NCBI GenBank assembly: GCA_002718415.1
Contig: PBEM01000012.1
Coordinates: 22,648-86,647, forward strand
DNA: 64,000 nt
Direction of reading: 5' to 3'
Source of the DNA: Chloroflexota bacterium
Lineage (GTDB): Bacteria > Chloroflexota > Dehalococcoidia > Lucifugimonadales > Lucifugimonadaceae
Part shown: in pieces, positions 57,272 through 64,000 of the stretch
Position numbering within the stretch: position 1 is the first letter of the stretch
Layout of the letters: each line of letters begins with the position of its first letter
Position numbers and translations under genes: made by a program
Notes under the pieces: generated by a model
Databases searched by the model: none
The model's input: the letters and a program-made list of their open reading frames with translations, nothing else
What the model was told of the DNA's origin: nothing

Positions 57272-58444
57272 TTGAACTTACATGAATATCAATCTAAAGA
57301 ATTATTTTCACATTACAACATACCAATACCTGTAGGATTTTTAGCTACAACAATAGAACAAGTAAAAAACTATGTAGATAAATTAAATAATAATGCAGTC
57401 ATAAAAGCACAAATTCATAGTGGTGGAAGAGGAAAAGCAGGAGGAGTAAAATTAGTATCCTCTATTGATGAATCTGAATCCTTTACAAAAAGTATTTTAG
57501 GAAAATTTTTAATTACTCCACAAACTGGATCCAAAGGAATCAAGGTAAATAAATTATTAGTCGAAGAAGCTACAAGTATAGATAGGGAAATTTACTTTTC
57601 TATAGTAATAGACAATAATGATTATGCTCCTATGATTATTTGTAGTACTGAAGGTGGTATGGACATTGAAGAAGTGTCTAGGACTATGCCAGAAAAAATT
57701 ATAAAAACTGTATGCTCTCCAATTTTAGGTGTTTCTAATTATAAAATCAGAAAAATTTGTGAAGAACTTAATATCCCAAAAAGTCTAATTCCTAATTTTA
57801 CAGAAATTGTAAATTCTCTTTATAAATTATTTATTGAAAAAGATTGTATTCTTGTTGAAATAAATCCTTTGGTAATAACGAAAGAGCAAAAAGTCATTGC
57901 ACTAGATGCCAAAATCAATATAGATGATGATGCTCTTTTTAGACAAAAATCACTAAAAGATATAGAAGATAAATCTCAACTTGAAAAATTAGAAATTGAA
58001 GCAAATAGAAATGATTTATCATATGTTAAGTTAGAAGGAGGCAGGGTTGGATGCATGGTTAATGGAGCAGGATTAGCTATGGCAACGATGGACATAACAA
58101 AATGGGCTGGTGCTCAACCAGCTAACTTTTTGGATATTGGAGGTTCAGCTACAGTAGAAAAAATAGAATCTGCGTTTAAAATAATTGTTAGTGATAAAGA
58201 TGTAGAAGTAATATTAGTAAACCTTTTCGCAGGTATTGCAAGATCTGATGTTGTTGCAAATGGAATAATAAATGCAGCAAAAGAAACCGAATCAAAGATT
58301 CCACTAGTAATTTCTATGAGAGGAACAAATAGTGAAGAAGGATTGAAATTATTAAATAATTCAAATTTAGATATAACAACTGCAACTGATTTAGAAAATG
58401 CTGCCAATATACTCAAACAAAAACTTTCTCAAGGAGATATTTAG
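57272..58444 (+). CDS. sucC: Succinyl-CoA synthetase beta subunit
   Basis: 390 aa. (M)NLHEYQSKELF and GRVGCMVNGAGLAMATMD. TTG start. Confidence 0.95.
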   Translation: MNLHEYQSKELFSHYNIPIPVGFLATTIEQVKNYVDKLNNNAVIKAQIHSGGRGKAGGVKLVSSIDESESFTKSILGKFLITPQTGSKGIKVNKLLVEEATSIDREIYFSIVIDNNDYAPMIICSTEGGMDIEEVSRTMPEKIIKTVCSPILGVSNYKIRKICEELNIPKSLIPNFTEIVNSLYKLFIEKDCILVEINPLVITKEQKVIALDAKINIDDDALFRQKSLKDIEDKSQLEKLEIEANRNDLSYVKLEGGRVGCMVNGAGLAMATMDITKWAGAQPANFLDIGGSATVEKIESAFKIIVSDKDVEVILVNLFAGIARSDVVANGIINAAKETESKIPLVISMRGTNSEEGLKLLNNSNLDITTATDLENAANILKQKLSQGDI

Positions 58445-58450
58445 TTTTAA

Positions 58451-59323
58451 ATGTCGATATTAGTTGATAAAAATACAAAATTATTAATACAAGGTGTAGG
58501 TAGAGACGGAAGCTTCCAAGCCTTAAGAATGATGGAATATGGAACTAACATTGTATCTGCAGTACATCCTGGAAGAGAAGGAAGTAAATTTGAAAATAAG
58601 ATTCCATATTTTTCGTCTGTCTCTAAGGCAATTAATGAAACAGGTGCCAATACTGGAATAATTTTTGTACCTGCTCCATTTGCAAAAGATGCAATAATTG
58701 AACAAATTGACTCTAATTTAGAATTAGTAGTTTGTATTACTGAAGGTGTACCAATTCACGATATGATAGAAATAAAAAATTATCTTCAAACAAAAACTAC
58801 AAGATTGTTAGGTCCAAATTGCCCTGGAATTATTACACCAAAATCCAAAACAAAAGTAGGTATAATACCAGGTAACATAGTCTCCCCAGGTAATATTGGA
58901 GTAGTTTCTAGATCAGGAACTTTAACCTATGAAGCAATTTCGCAGTTAGCTCAATACGGTTATGGACAATCCACATGCATTGGTATTGGTGGTGATCCAA
59001 TAAATGGAACATCTTTTGTAGATGCATTAAAATTATTTCAAGAGGATGAAGAAACTGAAGCAGTTGTGTTAATTGGAGAAATTGGAGGAAATAAGGAACA
59101 AGAAGCGGCTACATTTATACAAAATTATATGTCCAAACCAGTAATAGCTAATATTGCTGGACAAACCGCCCCAGAAGGTAAAAGAATGGGCCATGCAGGT
59201 GCAATAGTAACAGGAGAATCAGGTTTAGCTTCAGCAAAAAATATTTCATTAAAAAATGCTGGTGCACATGTCGTTGAATCCTCTGCATATATAGGTAAAA
59301 AAGTTAAAGAAGTTTTATCATAA
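58451..59323 (+). CDS. sucD: Succinyl-CoA synthetase alpha subunit
   Basis: 290 aa. [10 protein letters not shown], and MGHAGAI with the phosphohistidine. Confidence 0.95.
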   Translation: MSILVDKNTKLLIQGVGRDGSFQALRMMEYGTNIVSAVHPGREGSKFENKIPYFSSVSKAINETGANTGIIFVPAPFAKDAIIEQIDSNLELVVCITEGVPIHDMIEIKNYLQTKTTRLLGPNCPGIITPKSKTKVGIIPGNIVSPGNIGVVSRSGTLTYEAISQLAQYGYGQSTCIGIGGDPINGTSFVDALKLFQEDEETEAVVLIGEIGGNKEQEAATFIQNYMSKPVIANIAGQTAPEGKRMGHAGAIVTGESGLASAKNISLKNAGAHVVESSAYIGKKVKEVLS

Positions 59324-59353
59324 AATTTCAAAAATTAATTAGAGATTACTTAA

Positions 59354-60169
59354 TTGCTCGAAAAAACATTTATTGGCCAAAAATCAAAAATTAATTTTTC
59401 TGAAGGTCCAGATAATGGACCTACTGTTATTTTACTTCATGCATTAGGGGCATCATGGAAAAGCTGGAATTCGATTATAAACTTTTTTATAAATAAATAT
59501 CATTTAATCGCTATTGACCTAAGAGGACATGGAAATTCAGATCATATAAAAGAAAATTATAGTTGGGAAAATTATTCTTCAGATATATATGATTTCATTA
59601 ATTACAATTCTTATAAAAATATACATATAATAGGCCATTCTTTAGGCGGTATAGTCGGTGCAATCACTTCAATAAATCATAAATCAATAAAAACTTTATG
59701 TATGGAAGATCCCCCAATATTTTTTGGTGGTAATAATAAATCAAAAAACTTGCTTTCCCTTTTTGAAAAACAAATGTTACTTTCAAAAAAAAACATGACT
59801 ATAGAAAAAACTGCTAATGAAATAATTAAATTTTCAAAAAATATAAAAAAAGATGTTGCTATAACAAGAGCAAAAAATATTCTTTCCGCAGATTATAGGA
59901 TTTGGGAGACAATTTTACTAAACAAAAATCGAGGGCATTATTCATCTGATATTCTAATAAAAAATATAAATATTCCAACATTAATATTAAGAGCAAATCC
60001 AAAAAAAAATGGTGTCATTACTGAAATACAACAAAAAAAACTTACTGAAAATAAAAATATAGAAATTGACTACTGGGAAGATTCAGGACATAACATGCAC
60101 TCTACTTTCCCTAAAAGATTTTCTGTAAAATATTCTATTTTTTTAAATAATTATATAAACAATATATAA
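59354..60169 (+). CDS. Alpha/beta-fold hydrolase
   Basis: 271 aa. HALGAS oxyanion region, GHSLGG nucleophile elbow, and a C-terminal SGH. TTG start. Confidence 0.75.
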   Translation: MLEKTFIGQKSKINFSEGPDNGPTVILLHALGASWKSWNSIINFFINKYHLIAIDLRGHGNSDHIKENYSWENYSSDIYDFINYNSYKNIHIIGHSLGGIVGAITSINHKSIKTLCMEDPPIFFGGNNKSKNLLSLFEKQMLLSKKNMTIEKTANEIIKFSKNIKKDVAITRAKNILSADYRIWETILLNKNRGHYSSDILIKNINIPTLILRANPKKNGVITEIQQKKLTENKNIEIDYWEDSGHNMHSTFPKRFSVKYSIFLNNYINNI

Positions 60170-60601
60170 AATTACAGCTCCCAAAATCCCAGCAGCTATA
60201 TCGTCTACCATAATTCCAAATCCATAAGGTAATTGTTCAAGTTTTTTTATGCCAAAAGGCTTATAAATATCTAATAATCTAAACATAAAAAAACCAGAAA
60301 CAACCCAAAACCACTCTACTGGTAAAAAAAATATCGTTATCCACTGGCCAGCCCATTCATCAATAACACAATACTCCGGATCTGGATTAGTATTATTGTA
60401 AATCTTACTACATGACCAAAAACCTATAATTAATAAAATTATAAATATGGCACCTAAAATAATTATTGATTCAATATAAAAATTAATAATTAAAAAAACA
60501 ATAATAGAAATTAATGAACCAAATGTTCCTGATCCAGGAAAAGGCCAATAACCCGTTAAAAATCCTGAAGCAAAAAATTTATATATATTTATTAGAGCCA
60601 A
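60143..60601 (-). CDS. pgpA: Phosphatidylglycerophosphatase A
   Basis: 152 aa membrane protein. GFLTGYWPFPGSGTFGSL and DIYKPFGIKKLE resemble PgpA. Confidence 0.75.
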   Translation of the reverse strand: MALINIYKFFASGFLTGYWPFPGSGTFGSLISIIVFLIINFYIESIIILGAIFIILLIIGFWSCSKIYNNTNPDPEYCVIDEWAGQWITIFFLPVEWFWVVSGFFMFRLLDIYKPFGIKKLEQLPYGFGIMVDDIAAGILGAVILYIVYIII

Positions 60602-61368
60602 TCAGCTGCCCATTCTAAACTTTTTTTCGAGTGTCCTTTGGGATAATATTCACATCCCACCCAATTTTTATACTCAATTTGATCAAGATATTGCATTAAA
60701 AAACTATAATTTATTTCACCTGTCCCTGGCTGATGTCTTCCAGGATGATCAGCAATTTGTATATGCCCAATAATATCTAAGTTGTTTTTTACAGTTCGAG
60801 CCAAATCACCTTCCATTATCTGCATATGATAAAAATCATAAAGTAAAAATAAATTTTTATGCCCAATCAAACTAATTATTTCAATTGCTGCTTTACTTGT
60901 ACTTATAAAAAAACCTGGCTGGTCTAAAGTATTTATTGGTTCTAATAACGCCTTCACACCTACCTTATCAAGCTCATCAGCTGCATAAACAATATTTTCA
61001 AGAAGTGTTTCGGTAATTTCATCATTTGAAAAATCTTTAGGTTTTTGACCAATGCCAATATTTACCCCTTCGCATCCTAACCCTTCCGCATACTCCACAG
61101 CCATATTAGTACGATTTTTATATAATTCTTTTCTGTCAGGTCTTAAAGAAATATTGTTTATATTAGTTTCAGGGTCAGCTACTGGAGTATTTATAATTAT
61201 ATGTTGTAAATTATTCACATCTAATCTTTGTATAATTTTATCTAAAGAAATGTCATATGGATGTTGGATTTCAACCCCCTTAAAACCTACCTCAGCCGCC
61301 ATATCATAACGATCTAAAATTTCATATTCATTAAACATAAATTGTATATTTGCTTCAAGTTTAGGCAT
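60592..61368 (-). CDS. Hydroxypyruvate isomerase-like TIM-barrel protein (divergent paralogue)
   Basis: 258 aa. LLEPIN, YDFYHMQIMEGDL, IQIADHPGRHQPGTGEINY and WVGCEY. A paralogue of the upstream gene. Confidence 0.7.
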   Translation of the reverse strand: MPKLEANIQFMFNEYEILDRYDMAAEVGFKGVEIQHPYDISLDKIIQRLDVNNLQHIIINTPVADPETNINNISLRPDRKELYKNRTNMAVEYAEGLGCEGVNIGIGQKPKDFSNDEITETLLENIVYAADELDKVGVKALLEPINTLDQPGFFISTSKAAIEIISLIGHKNLFLLYDFYHMQIMEGDLARTVKNNLDIIGHIQIADHPGRHQPGTGEINYSFLMQYLDQIEYKNWVGCEYYPKGHSKKSLEWAADWL

Positions 61369-62146
61369 TATTTCTATAACCTTCTATCCATTTCAAACCT
61401 TCAATTGTGGATCCTTTAGGATTGTATTCACAACCAACCCAGCCAACATAAGAAGATTTATCTATAAAATTTAAAACGTTATTAAAATTAATTTCACCTG
61501 TTCCTGGCTCATTACGTCCAGGGTTATCAGCTATCTGAAAATGGTATATATCATCCAAATTCTCACCTATTGTATTAATTAGATTCCCTTCCATAATTTG
61601 CATATGATAAATATCAAACTGTAATTTTAAATTTTTTGCTCCTACATCTGAAATAATCTCTAGAGCTTGAGAGGTCTTGTTTAGAAAAAAACCTTTTATA
61701 TCAATTGAATTAATTGGTTCCAAAAGTAATGTTATGTCCGTATTAATTAAACTATCTGTAGCAAATTTCAAATTTTCTACTAATGTTTTTCTACTAATCT
61801 CTGCACTTACATCTATGTCTGGGATACCTGCTAAACAGGTAATCCTTTTACAATTTAAAGCTTTTGCATATTCGATCGCAACTTCAACAGAATCTTGAAA
61901 TTCTCCCACCCTTTTAGGTTGCACAGCTATACCTCTATCACCTGAATTCCAATCTCCAGCTGGTAAATCAAATAATATTTGTTTTAGTTCATTTTTTTCA
62001 AGAGCAGATTGTATTTCTTCGACTTGATACTCATAAGGAAATAAATATTCAACTCCTGTGAAATTATATTCCTTTGCTAAATTGAACCTTTCAAAAAAAT
62101 TCACTTCATTAAACATCATTGACAGATTAGCAGAAAAATTAATCAC
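61361..62146 (-). CDS. hyi: Hydroxypyruvate isomerase
   Basis: 261 aa. MINFSANLSMMF, LPAGDW, LLEPIN, FDIYHMQIMEGNL, QIADNPGRNEPGTGEIN and WVGCEY track E. coli Hyi closely as I recall it. Confidence 0.85.
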   Translation of the reverse strand: MINFSANLSMMFNEVNFFERFNLAKEYNFTGVEYLFPYEYQVEEIQSALEKNELKQILFDLPAGDWNSGDRGIAVQPKRVGEFQDSVEVAIEYAKALNCKRITCLAGIPDIDVSAEISRKTLVENLKFATDSLINTDITLLLEPINSIDIKGFFLNKTSQALEIISDVGAKNLKLQFDIYHMQIMEGNLINTIGENLDDIYHFQIADNPGRNEPGTGEINFNNVLNFIDKSSYVGWVGCEYNPKGSTIEGLKWIEGYRNNA

Positions 62147-62216
62147 TAAAACCTCTTTATTACTTATAGGACAAACAATTTAAATATTATAAATTATTCA
62201 TTAAAAACAACTTAGT

Positions 62217-63644
62217 TTATACACAAATTGGAGGTGTTATTTTGTGAAATTTTGTATTTTCTTGAAAAATATAAGCAGAACTAAGAAGATCAAAATCCTT
62301 AAACGGAGAAGCAATTAATTGCAAACCTACCGGCAAATTATCATTATTAAACCCGCATGGTATTGAAATAGAAGGCATACCTGTTACAGAAATCACATAA
62401 CACGGCCACATCCAATCTAAGTAAGTTTGTAATTCTACTCCGTCTATTTTAGTGGGATACTCTACGTCAATTGAAAAAGGTGGCACTGAAGTAACAGGTA
62501 ACGCAAAAAGATCATACTTTTGAAAAAAACTAATCATTTTCTTCCATATATCATTTCGAAATTGTTCCATTTTACCTAAATTAACTGCTCTAAGTTGGAT
62601 TCCATTTTCTGTATTCCACTTAATTGTGTCTTTAACCAAATCTGGATATTTTTTTATATGATCTTTATGATCAAATGCAAATTTATAAGCCCTAAAAGCA
62701 TTAAACACCTCATCAGAATCTGATAAATCAGGATAATCTTCATAGACTTCAAATCCCATTTCACTAAAATTTCTTAATGAATCCTTAGTAATACTTAAAA
62801 TTTCATTATCGATTGGTCGATCTCCAAGGTTACCACCCCATGCAATTTTTAATTTATCTGGTTTTTTCTGTAAAAATTTTTCTAAATCAAACTTAATGTT
62901 TTCATAGTAAGAATTAGCAACATATTCATCTTTTCCAGATATAGCTTTCAATTGCAAAACAATATCTTCAACTGTACGTCCCATTGGGCCATCAGTTGAT
63001 AGTGTGTTCCAGGGTAAATCAGTAAATGATGGAACTACTCCTAATGTAGGTCTAAAACCAACAACATTACACCATGCAGCAGGATTCCTTAGAGAACCAC
63101 CTAAGTCAGAACCGGTAGCTATAGAAGACATTCCACAAGCCAAAGCTACTGCGGATCCACCACTACTACCTCCACATGATTTTGATAAATCATATGGATT
63201 TAATGTTGGACCAAATACATCATTAAAAGTTTGAGATCCTGCTCCAAATTCTGGGGTATTAGATTTTCCTACAATAACAGCACCAGAATTTTTAATCCTT
63301 GAAACAATTAAAGAATCTTTTTTAGGTATTCTATTTTTGTAAATTCTTGAACCTTCGGTGGTTAAAATACCTTCCGTCATATGTAAATCTTTTATTGCTA
63401 CGGGTAATCCTTCTAATATTCCTATGTTTTCTCCACTACAAATTCTCTGATCAGATTTTTCTGCAGAAATTCTAGCTAAGTCTAAAGTCTGTGTAACAAT
63501 TGCATTAACTTTAGGGTTATATTTTTTTAAATTATCTATATGTAAATCTAATAATTCTTTACAACTAATATCCCGATCTCTAATCATGGATATTTGTTGA
63601 ACAGCTGAATTAAAACAATTTTCAGAGTTAGTGTTTTGATTCAT
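62217..63644 (-). CDS. Amidase-signature family amidase
   Basis: 475 aa. VAIKD with the catalytic Lys, and the signature GGSSGGSAVALACGMSSIATGSDLGGSLR. Confidence 0.85.
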   Translation of the reverse strand: MNQNTNSENCFNSAVQQISMIRDRDISCKELLDLHIDNLKKYNPKVNAIVTQTLDLARISAEKSDQRICSGENIGILEGLPVAIKDLHMTEGILTTEGSRIYKNRIPKKDSLIVSRIKNSGAVIVGKSNTPEFGAGSQTFNDVFGPTLNPYDLSKSCGGSSGGSAVALACGMSSIATGSDLGGSLRNPAAWCNVVGFRPTLGVVPSFTDLPWNTLSTDGPMGRTVEDIVLQLKAISGKDEYVANSYYENIKFDLEKFLQKKPDKLKIAWGGNLGDRPIDNEILSITKDSLRNFSEMGFEVYEDYPDLSDSDEVFNAFRAYKFAFDHKDHIKKYPDLVKDTIKWNTENGIQLRAVNLGKMEQFRNDIWKKMISFFQKYDLFALPVTSVPPFSIDVEYPTKIDGVELQTYLDWMWPCYVISVTGMPSISIPCGFNNDNLPVGLQLIASPFKDFDLLSSAYIFQENTKFHKITPPICV

Positions 63645-63662
63645 TTAGAAATTACCTTAAAA

Positions 63663-64000
63663 TTACCACCAAGTTTTACCTTCAATTTCAGATTGTTTAA
63701 AGGTGTAATTTTCAGAATATATACCTGTAGATAAATATTTCCATCCTCCATCAGCCAACATCACGACTATATTACACTGGGATTCAGAATTTTTTAATTT
63801 TTCTTGAAGCTTTATAGCAGTTGCAAATGTAGCACCAGAAGAAACTCCTACAAAAACACCAGCATCAGTTAATAATTTTCTAGTCCAATAAAAAGCCTCT
63901 TCAGCTTCAATTAAAATTCTTGCATCTAGTTTATCTAAATCCAAAATTGGCGGAATATATCCATCTTCAATTGCCCTTAATGCTTGAATTTTATCATCAG
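63663..64000 (-). CDS. Cysteine synthase / PLP-dependent beta-family enzyme, C-terminal part (runs off the window end)
   Basis: The frame stays open to position 64000 (DDKIQALRAIEDGYIPPILDLDKLD...). GVFVGVSSGATFATAIKL and VVMLADGGWKYLST match the CysK/CysM C-terminus. Confidence 0.75.
   Translation of the reverse strand, partial: DDKIQALRAIEDGYIPPILDLDKLDARILIEAEEAFYWTRKLLTDAGVFVGVSSGATFATAIKLQEKLKNSESQCNIVVMLADGGWKYLSTGIYSENYTFKQSEIEGKTWW

Noticed and set aside
1396-63234. About 45 short ORFs (60-150 aa) in the supplied track that lie entirely inside longer conserved genes, on the opposite strand or out of frame. Examples are 1396-1605, 4961-5239, 6965-7249, 12487-12783, 14488-14802, 32459-32902, 43546-43752, 55214-55438, 58114-58416 and 63004-63234.
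   Set aside because: Each is nested in a gene with strong family motifs. Their translations are low-complexity or hydrophobic strings with no recognisable motifs, and they lack Shine-Dalgarno sites. These are typical shadow ORFs.
1-64000. CRISPR arrays, transposases or IS elements, prophage genes, toxin-antitoxin pairs, restriction-modification or other defence systems, rRNA, tmRNA, RNase P RNA, SRP RNA, and a dif site.
   Set aside because: No regularly spaced repeats or mobility and defence protein motifs were seen in any frame. Every intergenic region is under 300 bp and A/T-dominated, too short and too GC-poor for the structured RNAs listed. I saw no match to the XerCD dif consensus as I recall it.

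Overview
The window is a visibly AT-rich, very gene-dense chromosomal segment from a streamlined bacterium. I support about 69 protein genes and one tRNA. Intergenic gaps are mostly under 120 bp, and several convergent gene pairs abut or overlap. The content is almost entirely housekeeping:
- translation: tig, aspS, tyrS, serS, lysS, pth, infC-rpmI-rplT, rpmF, tsaD, rsmD
- DNA metabolism: ruvCAB, ftsK, ligA, polA, a family-4 UDG
- RNase J, ftsH, nusB
- lipid genes: fabD, acpP, a fused accD-accA, pgpA
- cofactors: thiG-thiE-thiS, ribF, coaD, bioY, ctaA-ctaB
- aromatic amino-acid genes: trpA, aroH-type chorismate mutase, DAHP synthase
- sucCD and some small-molecule catabolism: an enolase-superfamily dehydratase with an HpcH aldolase, tandem hydroxypyruvate-isomerase paralogues, an amidase, and an acyl-CoA dehydrogenase

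Gene content (RNase J, AroH-type mutase, 7Fe ferredoxin, class II LysRS, clear GGAGG Shine-Dalgarno sites, many TTG starts) suggests a Terrabacteria-like low-GC marine-type lineage. Taxonomy cannot be fixed from this window.

I found no rRNA, CRISPR array, transposase, integrase, prophage or recognisable defence system. I cannot demonstrate a clearly novel system from sequence alone.

The only accessory-looking block is a tightly packed four-gene minus-strand module next to tRNA-Ser (52656-56080). It encodes a small membrane protein, a NodU/CmcH-type carbamoyltransferase, a DUF5989/SxtK-like micro-protein and a membrane-anchored SGNH/GDSL-like protein.

Other points worth a second look:
- polA and infC both have conserved N-termini encoded upstream of any ATG/GTG/TTG, implying AUH-type start codons.
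- An IscA/HesB-like protein carries a (Gly)n-Cys tail.
- The fused AccD-AccA has degenerate glycine motifs.
- Two perfect AT-rich palindromes lie in divergent promoter regions.
- Convergent gene junctions have no room for terminators.

Several ORF-track starts were revised: asnC-like, ruvA, ftsK, ligA, infC, polA, the DUF5989 gene, the zinc-ribbon ORF and the coiled-coil ORF.
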